From assembly GCA_963666285.1 (NCBI GenBank), contig OY762711.1: a stretch of DNA of 64,000 nt, one strand, 5' to 3'. The notes below the pieces were generated by a model. It worked only from the letters and a program-made list of their open reading frames with translations, did no database searches and was not told the origin of the DNA. This document shows, in pieces, positions 27,674-37,753 of this stretch. The number at the start of each line of letters is the position of its first letter. Position 1 is the first letter of the stretch. Source of the DNA: Sedimentisphaerales bacterium. Its GTDB lineage: Bacteria > Planctomycetota > Phycisphaerae > Sedimentisphaerales > SM23-30. The position numbers were made by a program, and so were the translations under genes.

Positions 27674-29392
27674 ATGAGAAGTTATACTAGCTTATTTTTA
27701 TTATTTATTATTGTTTCATCTGAAGCGATAGCACAGTATTCCGGTGGGAGTGGAACAGAGCAGGATCCATATATAATTGCATGCAGAAACGACTTGTTTA
27801 ATATAGGACAAAATCCTGAGCATTGGGGTAATTATTTTCTGCAAACAGCAGATATTGTAATGGGTAGCTATGATGATGTGACTCCGTATACACCGCCTGG
27901 CTCCGACTTTTTTAATCCATTTACCGGTGGCTTCAATGGCAATGGTTATATAATAAAAGATTTTGGTGTTGATCAGAATCAGAGTAACCTCGGCCTGTTT
28001 GGCTATCTTTTATATCCTGCTCAGCTGTTAAATATTAACCTGGTGAATGTCACTGTTGAAGGTGATAGTTGTATAGGTGCTTTAGCAGGTACGTCTGAAG
28101 CTAATATCATTAATTGTTCGATCGATGGGAGTGTTGCTGGGACGTACAATGTAGGAGGGATGGTTGGGTGTAACGGAGGAAGGATTTTTGATTGCCATTG
28201 TTCTGGTACGGTTACGGGTACAGATACGGTTGGAGGATTATGTGGTAAGAACGCCTTTAATTTTGATATGTTTCAGGTAATAGGGTGTGGTACTATTGAT
28301 TCAAGCTTTTCTCGATCATCGGTAAATGCAACCAGGTATGCCGGTGGGCTTTGTGGCGAAAATCCTGAATATCTTTCATCAATAATTAACTGTTATGCTC
28401 TTGGCCCGGTTTCAGCAGATTATGCCGTTGGAGGGTTATGTGCCTTGAATATTGCAGGTGCTGATATCTCTGGCTGCTATAGTGATAATATTATTACAGG
28501 TGGTTCATATGCAGCAGGGCTTGTGGCATTGAATTATGGAGCTTCGATTTCAAGCTGCTACTCGTCAGGCAGTTTAACTGGAAGTTCTTTTATCGGGGGG
28601 TTGTGCGCATGTAATGATGGAGAATATATTACATATGATGGATATCAATGGGGTTGGATTGACTGTAGTTTTTCTGATTGCGATATTTCAGTATCCGGTA
28701 GTAATAATGTTATTGGTGGTTTGTGTGCCCAGAATAACTCGGGGATAATTTGTTGTTTTGACTATAATGATATTTATATAGAAGGCGATAACAATTCAGT
28801 TGGAGGTCTTATTGGTTCCAATGAATATTGTGTAAACAGCTATTCATACGGTAATGTATATATTAGTGGGGAATATAATTCAATTGGCGGGTTTGTATGT
28901 AATACGGTCGGCCATATGGGCGATTGTTATGAGCGGGGTAAGATATATGACAACGGTACAAACAATGCAGTAATGCCATTTTATGTAGTAAATAGTAATA
29001 TTATCGAAGATTGTTTTTGGGATATAGAATTTATGAATATCCCTGACCCGGAATCAGGAGGTGTTGATACAGATGGCGTTGTAGGAATTACCACTGCTCA
29101 AATGATGGATATAAATACTTTTTTGAATGCAGGATGGGATTTTACCGGCGAAACGCAGAATGGGATAGATGATTTTTGGAAAATGGGAATTATCCCTGTA
29201 ACGTATTGCCAGAATTGTATTGATATATTAGATTTTGCATTAGTTGCTCAATGCTGGATGAATAATCAGTGTGGCCTTGCTTCTACCTGCCACTATGTTG
29301 ATTTGTTAGTTGATCATATGGTTGATATTAACGATCTGGCAATTTTGACTGCACATTGGCTTTCTTATGATCCTATTACAAGGTTTCATTAA
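27674..29392 (+). CDS. Secreted GLUG-motif repeat protein with dockerin-like tail
   Basis: YSGGSGTEQDPYII start, repeated VGGLCGxN motifs, C-terminal IDILDFALVAQCW / VDINDLAILTAHWL. Confidence 0.85.
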   Translation: MRSYTSLFLLFIIVSSEAIAQYSGGSGTEQDPYIIACRNDLFNIGQNPEHWGNYFLQTADIVMGSYDDVTPYTPPGSDFFNPFTGGFNGNGYIIKDFGVDQNQSNLGLFGYLLYPAQLLNINLVNVTVEGDSCIGALAGTSEANIINCSIDGSVAGTYNVGGMVGCNGGRIFDCHCSGTVTGTDTVGGLCGKNAFNFDMFQVIGCGTIDSSFSRSSVNATRYAGGLCGENPEYLSSIINCYALGPVSADYAVGGLCALNIAGADISGCYSDNIITGGSYAAGLVALNYGASISSCYSSGSLTGSSFIGGLCACNDGEYITYDGYQWGWIDCSFSDCDISVSGSNNVIGGLCAQNNSGIICCFDYNDIYIEGDNNSVGGLIGSNEYCVNSYSYGNVYISGEYNSIGGFVCNTVGHMGDCYERGKIYDNGTNNAVMPFYVVNSNIIEDCFWDIEFMNIPDPESGGVDTDGVVGITTAQMMDINTFLNAGWDFTGETQNGIDDFWKMGIIPVTYCQNCIDILDFALVAQCWMNNQCGLASTCHYVDLLVDHMVDINDLAILTAHWLSYDPITRFH

Positions 29393-29414
29393 TTCTGTTT
29401 ATCCTTATGCAAAA

Positions 29415-30557
29415 TCAAATATTACCTGAACTGATTTTATATGCAATCTCTTGAAGTTCGGCCAGGGCATAGTCAAAAAATATCTTGTATCCTTCGCAGA
29501 GATAGCTTGGGTAGTTGTAACCTCCGGCTGCGAGCCGATCTTTTGGGCAGCCTCCGCGACACATTTCCAGATGGCGGCATACATTACATTTTGGAGCCAG
29601 TTTTCTTTTTCTGCGGTTGAATTCTCTTTTTTGTGTACTGTTAGCCAGGTCATTGATATGTTTTTTGTGAATATTTCCCAGATGCGATTCATCATCTACG
29701 AAGAAATCACAGCAGAATACATCACCATTGTGTTCAACGACTACATAATCTGCACATTTTGGTGAAAATGTGCATTCAGCCTGCACTCCTTGAGTGAATT
29801 TCATCATTATACTATCGAAGAGACGGATATGCAGTTTGGATGGGCCATATTCTTTCCAGCGGTCAAATATTCGGCACATAAAGCGACCATATTGTTCTGG
29901 TGAAACTGAAAAGTTAGTGATTGCTTTATTTGCTCTTGAATGAAATTCTTCCTCAAAATCTTCGTTTTTTTCAATGCATGGTATAAACTGCAAATAATCA
30001 GTTCCCTGTTCAATTAAAAAATCGAATATCTCATCCGGATTATCTGCATTGTAACTATTCAAAAGGGTGAGCAGGTTGTATTCAACTCCATTGGCTTTAC
30101 AGCATTCAATACCATTTATTACTTTAGCGTGTGTTCCGCTTCCGGCGTGATCAACTCGGAAATGGTCGTGGTATTTTTCTGGTCCATCAATACTTATTCC
30201 CAGTAAGAAATCATTTTTTGCAAAAAAACTTGCCCATAAATCATCAATGAGAATTGCATTTGTCTGGAGTGAATTAATAATAATTTGATTGGCATTACCA
30301 TATTTTTTTTGGAGTTCCACTTGTTTTTGATAAAATTCAAGTCCCATAAGTGTTGGTTCGCCACCCTGAAAGGCAAAACTGCTTTGAGGCAGGTTCAATT
30401 CCAGGTATTGCCTGGTGAGCAAATCCTGCGTTTCTGGACTCATTCTATGCTGTTTATTGCCGTAATATGCACTCTTTCTGCAATAAAAACAGTATTTACA
30501 GGTAATATTGCAGTCTGGTCCTGTGGGTTTTATTAGTAATGTAAATGGATAACTCAT
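29415..30557 (-). CDS. Anaerobic sulfatase maturase (radical SAM/SPASM)
   Basis: KPTGPDCNITCKYCFY, FQGGEPTL, SPASM cysteines (CRGGCPKDR). Confidence 0.9.
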   Translation of the reverse strand: MSYPFTLLIKPTGPDCNITCKYCFYCRKSAYYGNKQHRMSPETQDLLTRQYLELNLPQSSFAFQGGEPTLMGLEFYQKQVELQKKYGNANQIIINSLQTNAILIDDLWASFFAKNDFLLGISIDGPEKYHDHFRVDHAGSGTHAKVINGIECCKANGVEYNLLTLLNSYNADNPDEIFDFLIEQGTDYLQFIPCIEKNEDFEEEFHSRANKAITNFSVSPEQYGRFMCRIFDRWKEYGPSKLHIRLFDSIMMKFTQGVQAECTFSPKCADYVVVEHNGDVFCCDFFVDDESHLGNIHKKHINDLANSTQKREFNRRKRKLAPKCNVCRHLEMCRGGCPKDRLAAGGYNYPSYLCEGYKIFFDYALAELQEIAYKISSGNI

Positions 30558-30768
30558 TATTTTGTAATGCCTTAAATTCGGGCTGGTTTTTCTGTTTTTA
30601 TTGTTATCTATACCAGAAATTCTTAATAAAAGTATAGTATTTTTGGTTTTTATTGTTGAAATTTCATCAAAAACAATTATTATATCTAATCTTCGTCCTG
30701 TTTGAAGAGATTATTCTCCCTTTAGACAGTGAAAAAAAGTAAATAATCAGTTTTTCCCGCTGGGAAGT

Positions 30769-30841
30769 GGGGGATTAACTCAATCGGTAGAGTAACGGCC
30801 TTTTAAGCCGTGAGTTCTGGGTTCGAGTCCCAGATCCCTCA
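30769..30841 (+). tRNA. tRNA-Lys(UUU)
   Basis: Cloverleaf GGGGGAT/ATCCCTC, anticodon arm ACGGC-CTTTTAA-GCCGT, T arm CTGGG-TTCGAGT-CCCAG; CCA not encoded. Confidence 0.95.
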
Positions 30842-30856
30842 TTATCAGCTTTTATG

Positions 30857-30888
30857 CCTTGTAATTCATTGAATTACAAGGTTTTTTT
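30857..30888 (+). terminator. Rho-independent terminator after tRNA-Lys
   Basis: ccttgtaattc/gaattacaagg stem plus T7. Confidence 0.85.
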
Positions 30889-30961
30889 ATTTATTATATA
30901 GTGCTAACGAATTGTTTCTGTTCTGGAACATGAATATCGATTATACTTGTAACTAAATTTT

Positions 30962-32233
30962 ATGACCACTGCAGCACCATTTTTAACAGAAGAAATCCCC
31001 GGCATTGGCGGTCAGCTAAAGATGCGCCCGGAAGATTTCAAAGTAGAAGAGATACCTCTGTATCATCCGTCTGGTGAAGGTACGCATACTTATATCTGGA
31101 TTGAAAAGAAAAAGATTGCTACTCTCCCGGCGATAGCAGCTATAGCCCAGGCCCTTGGGATTCGTAGAAAAGATATTGGTTTTGCCGGACTCAAAGATGC
31201 CCGTGCGATTACCAGGCAATGGTTGAGTATAGAACATGCTGATATTGAAGCTATTAAGAATTTAGATTTTGAAAATATTCAAATCCTTAAAATTGACCGC
31301 CATGTTAATAAGATAAAAACAGGTCATTTATGGGGTAATCGCTTCGATATTAATATAAGGAATCTTAAGCTAAGTGACTGTGATATTGATGAAGCATATT
31401 CACGGGTTACGCAGGTATTTGATATTCTGAGCAAAAGAGGAGTTCCAAATTATTACGGTCAGCAAAGATTTGGTAAACGCGATGATGGTCAGGTTTTGGG
31501 ATCTGCCATTATTCGCCAGGATTGGGAAGCTTTTATTACCGAATTGATTGGCAATCCTCGTAGAGTAGAAAGTGTCAGTATTCAGCGTGCCAGAAAGGCG
31601 TTTGAAGAGCGTGACTTTGATACTGCTATGCGATCATGGCCGCCTGGTTTTATGGCTCAGTTGCAAGCGTTGAGATACTTGAGAAAACATCGTGACAATG
31701 ATTTTGAAGGTGCTTTCAATGCGATTGATCATAAATACCGCAGGTTTTGCATTTCGAGTTTCCAGTCAGCAATGTTCAATAAGGTGTTGGCAAAAAGAGT
31801 TCAGGATATAGATATTCTATACAAAGGTGATATTGCCCGCAAGCATGATAATGGAGCATGCTTTATGGTATTTGAGCCTTCAATTGAACAGCATCGCTGT
31901 ACTAACTTTGATATCAGTCCGACCGGACCAATGTTTGGTTATGAAATGCTATGGCCGGCAGAAGATGCGGCTATGCTGGAAAATGAAGTTCTCATTGAGC
32001 AGGGACTGGCTATTGATGATTTCAAAGTGGGTTATGCCAAGAAGGTTGGCCAGGGGACGCGTCGTTCACTTAGGTTTAAGGCAAACATCCTCGATGTTAC
32101 GGCAATGAAAGATGATACGGGACCATATATAAATTTGAAATTTGAACTTCCGTCAGGTTCATACGCAACTACCCTGGCAAGAGAAGTTACTAAAAATAAA
32201 AAAGAAAGCCTGGGTTTTTTCAGAGAGTTTTAA
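30962..32233 (+). CDS. truD: tRNA pseudouridine(13) synthase
   Basis: EDFKVEE, AGLKDARAITRQ, GNRF, PNYYGQQRFG, FELPSGSYAT. Confidence 0.93.
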   Translation: MTTAAPFLTEEIPGIGGQLKMRPEDFKVEEIPLYHPSGEGTHTYIWIEKKKIATLPAIAAIAQALGIRRKDIGFAGLKDARAITRQWLSIEHADIEAIKNLDFENIQILKIDRHVNKIKTGHLWGNRFDINIRNLKLSDCDIDEAYSRVTQVFDILSKRGVPNYYGQQRFGKRDDGQVLGSAIIRQDWEAFITELIGNPRRVESVSIQRARKAFEERDFDTAMRSWPPGFMAQLQALRYLRKHRDNDFEGAFNAIDHKYRRFCISSFQSAMFNKVLAKRVQDIDILYKGDIARKHDNGACFMVFEPSIEQHRCTNFDISPTGPMFGYEMLWPAEDAAMLENEVLIEQGLAIDDFKVGYAKKVGQGTRRSLRFKANILDVTAMKDDTGPYINLKFELPSGSYATTLAREVTKNKKESLGFFREF

Positions 32234-32282
32234 ATTATTTATAATTCTTTTTTGAAATATTCAGGCAGCAGGAAGTGAGTTT

Positions 32283-33113
32283 ATGATAAATCAAATACGA
32301 ATTGGAAATGGAAATTCCGAGGTTATTCTTGGAGATTCCAGACTGGTACTTATGGCCGGCCCCTGTGTTATCGAAAGTCGTGATCTTTGCATGCAGATCG
32401 CAGAACAGGCAAAGGCTATATGCGATAAGTTGGATGTTGGCTATGTCTTTAAGGCCAGTTTTGACAAGGCAAATCGTACCAGTGTTGATAGCTTTCGCGG
32501 ACCCGGCATCGAAGAAGGTTTACAGATATTGCAGGATGTAGCTGCTGAGTTCAAAGTGCCTGTCCTCACCGACATTCATGAATCATGGCAGGCAAAAATA
32601 TGTGGTGAAGTTGTAGATATTATCCAGATACCTGCTTTTTTATGTCGTCAGACTGATTTGCTGGTTGCCGCAGCAAATACCGGCAAGGTTGTTCAAGTCA
32701 AAAAGGCTCAGTTTCTGGCACCTTGGGATATGAAAAATGTTATAGGAAAGCTGAACGCTTCTGATTGTCGAAAGATTACCCTTGTCGAACGCGGCAGCAG
32801 CTTTGGATATAATCGTCTGGTGTGTGATATGACATCTATGCCTGCTATGAGAGAGTTTGGATACCCGGTAATTATGGACGCAACGCATTCTACCCAGCAG
32901 CCTGGCGGGCTTGGCGGTGCTTCAGGGGGTGCTCCTGAAATGGCAGGTATTTTAGCTAAATCTGCAATTGCCGCAGGCGCTGACGGTTTGTTTATTGAGA
33001 CCCATCCTAATCCTGCTGAAGCTTTGAGTGATGCTGCTTGTATGCTGCCGCTGAGCCAGCTCGAACAGACAATTAAAGTTTGTAATGATATTTATAAGAT
33101 CGTTAAAAAGTAA
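32283..33113 (+). CDS. kdsA: KDO8P synthase (Cys-containing, metal-dependent type)
   Basis: AGPCVIES, KASFDKANRTS, QIPAFLCRQTDL, DATHS. Confidence 0.96.
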   Translation: MINQIRIGNGNSEVILGDSRLVLMAGPCVIESRDLCMQIAEQAKAICDKLDVGYVFKASFDKANRTSVDSFRGPGIEEGLQILQDVAAEFKVPVLTDIHESWQAKICGEVVDIIQIPAFLCRQTDLLVAAANTGKVVQVKKAQFLAPWDMKNVIGKLNASDCRKITLVERGSSFGYNRLVCDMTSMPAMREFGYPVIMDATHSTQQPGGLGGASGGAPEMAGILAKSAIAAGADGLFIETHPNPAEALSDAACMLPLSQLEQTIKVCNDIYKIVKK

Positions 33114-33122
33114 GTTGAGCTA

Positions 33123-34088
33123 ATGAGCCAAAATAGTCAAAACGAACAACAAGGCAACGTTCATTATCAGATATTTAAGGTTGATTCAGAGCCGCATTGT
33201 GTCTGGGATGTGAAACTGCGTGAAAAGAATCTGGAAGCTATCAACTCTATAGATCCTGATTATTTTCTATTTCTCACCGATCTATATTACAGTCATTTAC
33301 AGACGTCTAATAAGGATAAGGCTGCAATGGCGATTCGTACAACGTATTATCATGCAGCTGAGACATTATTTTCTTTGATCGCCGCTACAATGCAGGCTCC
33401 TTATTGTATATATGCCTGGATGCTGAGATATTGGCCGCGTCATGTGCGAAGTGTAATTGAGAAATTTTTTGCTAATGAATTCCAACCATGTTTACATCAA
33501 GATTTTTCTGGGAAAGTTAACACATGGCAGGAATTTGTTTCTATGGTAAATTTTGGTGGGGTGCTTTTAGATAAGGATAAAGGTAATATTACTGAGCATT
33601 TTGCCAGGTTCTGGCATCAGATAGGTTCTGATTTTCTTGACGATCGTTATCGTAATGAATATAACAGTCTTAAACATGGTCATCGTGCAATGTCCGGAGG
33701 CTTTTTTGTTGCTTTCAGTAATGATGCGGATGAGCAGAGTAAGAAACTTCTTGGGAGTGAGTTTGGCAGCAGCTTTCTTACTACCAGGGATATGGGGGAA
33801 AATAATTTTTATACCCGTAAATTCTCGCTAAACTGGAATCCGCAGGGGTGTGCTTATGCGCTGAAGCTTATTGCTTTTTCAATACACAATATAAAGAGCT
33901 TTTTGTTATTTGTTAACAAAGCTGCGGATAAGATTGAGGTTAAGCTTCCGGAAAATTTAGAAGAATTTTCAATTCCGCAAAAGCTTCAGCCGCAGCCGGC
34001 ATTTATTGATATTGATTTCAATATAAATCTTAGCGAGAATCATATCATTTCAAAAAAGGATATGAAAGAAAGAGTAAGTTTGGATTGA
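33123..34088 (+). CDS. Hypothetical protein (possible HEPN-like RNEYNSLKHG motif)
   Basis: 321-aa helical ORF immediately after kdsA; no confident family. Confidence 0.7.
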   Translation: MSQNSQNEQQGNVHYQIFKVDSEPHCVWDVKLREKNLEAINSIDPDYFLFLTDLYYSHLQTSNKDKAAMAIRTTYYHAAETLFSLIAATMQAPYCIYAWMLRYWPRHVRSVIEKFFANEFQPCLHQDFSGKVNTWQEFVSMVNFGGVLLDKDKGNITEHFARFWHQIGSDFLDDRYRNEYNSLKHGHRAMSGGFFVAFSNDADEQSKKLLGSEFGSSFLTTRDMGENNFYTRKFSLNWNPQGCAYALKLIAFSIHNIKSFLLFVNKAADKIEVKLPENLEEFSIPQKLQPQPAFIDIDFNINLSENHIISKKDMKERVSLD

Positions 34089-34431
34089 CTTTTATGTTTA
34101 TGCTAGTTTACTTTCGCAGTTTTTAAGTTGCAAAAAACGCTTAAAAGGGTCTTTCTGTAACGATTTGAATTAAATATATTTTCGCCAAAAAGCTCGAAAA
34201 TGCAATTTAGTGTTAAGTTTTTCATTTACAACGTCCTGTTCCCGATTTTGTGTATAACGTTGAACAGGCAAAAGTGCGCCATGTATATTATGCGAAGCAT
34301 ATACCGCACTCAGAAGTAATTTCATTATATTAAAGATTATTTTTTTCTATGTAATTTTACTCTTTATAGGATATATATTTATAACAGTTAATATCTTCAA
34401 AAGAATAAGTTCATATTTAAAACAGGAGTAA

Positions 34432-35499
34432 GTGTATATGAAGTTGAAAGTTGTATTTGTATTACTTGTCTCAATTACAAGCCTTTTTGCTGACAGAATC
34501 AAAATGGATGACCAGGCAAGTGTAGAGAAATATGGTAAGTTGGTTGTAAATAATCTGCTTAGTCGAAATTATATGCTTTATAGAGATGGCGGTTTGCATT
34601 ATGCAGAAGCTTGCACTGCAATTGGTGCACTTAGAGTTACTAAAAGTTTAGGCGAAGACGAATTAATTGATAAGCTGGTTCATCGCTATGAAGGTTTTCT
34701 TACGAATGATAAAAAGCTTACTAATAAAGTTGAGCATGTAGACCACAATCTGATGGGTATCGTGCCTTTGCAGATTTATCTGGCAACTGGTGATGAAAAA
34801 TATAAGGCAGCTGGTCTGGACTATGCTGACAGGCAATGGGTAAAAGAAATTGAAGGTGGATTAACTTTCCAGACTCGCTGGTGGATTGATGATATGTATA
34901 TGGTTGGCAGTTTACAGATGCAGGCATATCGTGCAACAGGAGACAACAAGTATGTAGATAGAGCAGCTCGATTTCTTCATGCATATATAGATCGTCTTCA
35001 GCAGGCTAACGGCTTGTTTTATCATGGTCCGGAATTTAAATATCATTGGGGGCGTGGTAATGGTTGGGTGGCTGCGTCAATGGCTGAGGTGCTTAAAGAT
35101 CTGCCCAAAGATAATCCGCATCGACCGGCGATTGTTGCCAGTTATAAAAAAATGATGGAATCTTTATTGAAATTTCAGTCTGAAAACGGGCTTTGGCGGC
35201 AGTTGGTAGATAATAAATATTCCTGGACCGAAAGCTCTTGTACGGCAATGTTTGCTTATGCAATGTCGGTAGGTGTTAAGTTGGGCATTCTAGATAAAGC
35301 TGAGTATGAGCCTGCGGTAGTTGAAGCATGGAGAGGCTTGTGCTGGCAGGTAAATCGAGATGGCAATATCCGAGATATCTGTGTTGGTACAGGCCAGACA
35401 GACGATGTTGAGTTTTATTTGAACCGCCCAAGAACAACGGGTGATTTCCATGGCCAGGCGCCGTTTCTATGGCTGGCAGCTGAACTTATGACAGAATAA
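34432..35499 (+). CDS. Secreted GH105/GH88 unsaturated uronyl hydrolase
   Basis: Signal peptide, WWIDDMYM, WGRGNGW, GLWRQL, ESSCTAMF. Confidence 0.9.
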   Translation: MYMKLKVVFVLLVSITSLFADRIKMDDQASVEKYGKLVVNNLLSRNYMLYRDGGLHYAEACTAIGALRVTKSLGEDELIDKLVHRYEGFLTNDKKLTNKVEHVDHNLMGIVPLQIYLATGDEKYKAAGLDYADRQWVKEIEGGLTFQTRWWIDDMYMVGSLQMQAYRATGDNKYVDRAARFLHAYIDRLQQANGLFYHGPEFKYHWGRGNGWVAASMAEVLKDLPKDNPHRPAIVASYKKMMESLLKFQSENGLWRQLVDNKYSWTESSCTAMFAYAMSVGVKLGILDKAEYEPAVVEAWRGLCWQVNRDGNIRDICVGTGQTDDVEFYLNRPRTTGDFHGQAPFLWLAAELMTE

Positions 35500-35521
35500 A
35501 CTATAGAGAACAAGTTATGCA

Positions 35522-35553
35522 AAAAGGGTTCATGTTTTAGCATGAACCCTTTT
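35522..35553. terminator. Bidirectional terminator
   Basis: aaaagggttcatg/catgaaccctttt between convergent genes. Confidence 0.8.
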
Positions 35554-35605
35554 CGATGGGTTTGAGAAAACCAAGAATTATTGCCTTATTATTATTGAGA
35601 AAGCT

Positions 35606-37378
35606 CTAACTGAGAAAGATTGCAAGATCGAAGTTAATTGAGTAATTAATTACCGGATCCTGATTGTAAGGTTCAGAGGTAACATTATTTATACCAAGAT
35701 CTGCATAGTTAAATGCTTCCAGTAATGTAACGTATCCATTGTCGTCTGAGTCAGCATTTCCAGACATTATTCCGTAGTTAAGCCAGGTTGCAAATACACC
35801 GCCTCCTCTAAACCTGTTTCCTTGAGGATAATAGCTTTCGACGGCATCCCACGCGGTCATATTATAACTTGTTGAAGCAATTACCGCTGTATTTGATACA
35901 TTATTGGCAATATCTAGCAATCCACCGGAATAGCAACTGTCCAGAATCAGTACTTTGTCAGTATCAGTATTTATGGTATTGAGCCAGCCTTCGATATCCG
36001 ATTGGTATACGCTGCTTGAATCAGGCAGGTATAAAGACTCATTGTCATCTACTGTTTCGCTGTCTCCTGAGGAACCATGACCGGAATAGTAAATAACAAC
36101 GTAATCATTTGAATCAGCATTTTCAGCCAGCCAAGCAAATTCAACTGAAATTGCTTCGTAAGATACGCTTGAACCGCCACTTAAGATGTGTATGTTATCT
36201 TCTGAAACTGAGTAATAGTCTGTAAATATTTCAGAAACCAGTTGAGTGTCATAGGCCGGGCCGGTGAGATCATTTTGGAACCCCTGGTAGTCGTAAGCAC
36301 CGATTATCAGGACCCATCCTTCACTGGCATCTGTTTCTGTATTACTATCAGCGTCATCGTCAGTTGTTGAACCGTCTGTAGTAGTATCGTCAGCTGAGGT
36401 TGAGTCATCATTTGTTGAACTGTCAGAAGTTGTGTCTCCGGTATCATCGCTTGCGTCTACCGTACTGTCAGTAGTGTCTCCGGTATCAATTGTAGTATTA
36501 TCAGTTGCTGATAGGTTGTCAACAGTCAACGTGTACGTTCCAGTACTGTTTTTCCAGGCATCAGCCCGAATATAGTATACTTCACCTTCCTCAGCATAAA
36601 ACTCTATATATGAATCAGTATTGGCTTTTTCGATATCATCGTTTCGATATACCAGTTTACCATCTTCGTTGTAGATATATAGGTATGTGTCGAGGGTGGA
36701 GCCGTCAGAAGTCATTGATATTGCATAGTTTCCGTCAGCCTGAACAGTAAAAGTGAAAACATCCAGGTCTCTTTCCGGGTATATAGCACCATAAATGGAA
36801 ATTGTACCATCGTCTTCTGCTATTGTGTTGACATCAAATGAATCAGCTACATTATTAGCATAATCAATTTCCTCGCCATAAGCTTCGCTGACAGTTGGGG
36901 TAGTCAGGATAATCTCATAATCACCGGTACTTTTTCTGTAGCCATCGGCCTTTATATAATATGTTTCACCGGCCTGAGCATAAAACTCAACATAAGAGTT
37001 TGTATCCTCAGTGCTTACATCGTCATTTATAGCGATTTTTTGTTTTCTTGAATTGTATATTGTAAGAAAAGTATCAAGGGCATAGTTATCAGTTTCCAAG
37101 GCTTCCATAGAAATTGTTATTGTGCCTGAATTTTCTACGGTAAACATGTAGTAATCCTTGTCTCTGGCACTACTTATATCACCTGTTATCGTGGTTTCGC
37201 CGGTTTCATCAAGATCGATTGTCTCGGCAAGCCTGGCATTATTATTCGGGCCGTAGTCATGATGTGATGCCATGCCACCAAAAACAGATAACAGCTGACG
37301 AGGCTCAAGAGTTTCCATGCGTAAAGTAGATGATTTTTGCTCGGAATAGCGTTTTCTCTTATCATTTCTCATAGTCAT
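35606..37378 (-). CDS. Exported caspase-like (C14) protease with LEPRxLL signal and two PPC-like domains
   Basis: ETLEPRQLLS; two 'DxDxxxF...LDTxLxIY...NDD' domains; D/T/S linker; His-Cys dyad YYSGHG / LDSCYSG. Confidence 0.82.
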   Translation of the reverse strand: MTMRNDKRKRYSEQKSSTLRMETLEPRQLLSVFGGMASHHDYGPNNNARLAETIDLDETGETTITGDISSARDKDYYMFTVENSGTITISMEALETDNYALDTFLTIYNSRKQKIAINDDVSTEDTNSYVEFYAQAGETYYIKADGYRKSTGDYEIILTTPTVSEAYGEEIDYANNVADSFDVNTIAEDDGTISIYGAIYPERDLDVFTFTVQADGNYAISMTSDGSTLDTYLYIYNEDGKLVYRNDDIEKANTDSYIEFYAEEGEVYYIRADAWKNSTGTYTLTVDNLSATDNTTIDTGDTTDSTVDASDDTGDTTSDSSTNDDSTSADDTTTDGSTTDDDADSNTETDASEGWVLIIGAYDYQGFQNDLTGPAYDTQLVSEIFTDYYSVSEDNIHILSGGSSVSYEAISVEFAWLAENADSNDYVVIYYSGHGSSGDSETVDDNESLYLPDSSSVYQSDIEGWLNTINTDTDKVLILDSCYSGGLLDIANNVSNTAVIASTSYNMTAWDAVESYYPQGNRFRGGGVFATWLNYGIMSGNADSDDNGYVTLLEAFNYADLGINNVTSEPYNQDPVINYSINFDLAIFLS

Positions 37379-37556
37379 GTCCTCTTAGTATTTGTATTTT
37401 CAAGATTTAAATGCAAAAGGCAGGTTTGTTACAGGCAGGCAGTATTTAAGCTGTCACGCAATTTTTTACTCTCTACACAATAACAAACGATAGTGAACGC
37501 ATAAATCATGCGTGGAAAATAAAAGAAAATGAAAAAAAGAAAAAGATAAAAGAACA

Positions 37557-37640
37557 TAGCCGAGGCGGGACTCGAACCCGCACGCCCTATTGAGCAGGGG
37601 ATTTTAAATCCCCATCGTCTACCAATTCCGACACTCGGCC
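37557..37640 (-). tRNA. tRNA-Leu(UAA)
   Basis: GGCCGAG/CTCGGCT acceptor, GGGGA-TTTAAAA-TCCCC anticodon arm, long variable arm, GCGGG-TTCGAGT-CCCGC T arm. Confidence 0.93.
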
Positions 37641-37753
37641 AACGTTCTTTATTTACTTGTAAGAGGATAAAATATAAGTAACATTAACCAACAAGTCAAT
37701 ACAAAATAGTCGGTTATGTTAATTTTATTATTATAAGTATAGTTTTTTGCTAA

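Noticed and set aside
30769..37640. tRNAs as prophage or island attachment sites
   Set aside because: No integrase and no duplicated tRNA 3' end seen in the window.
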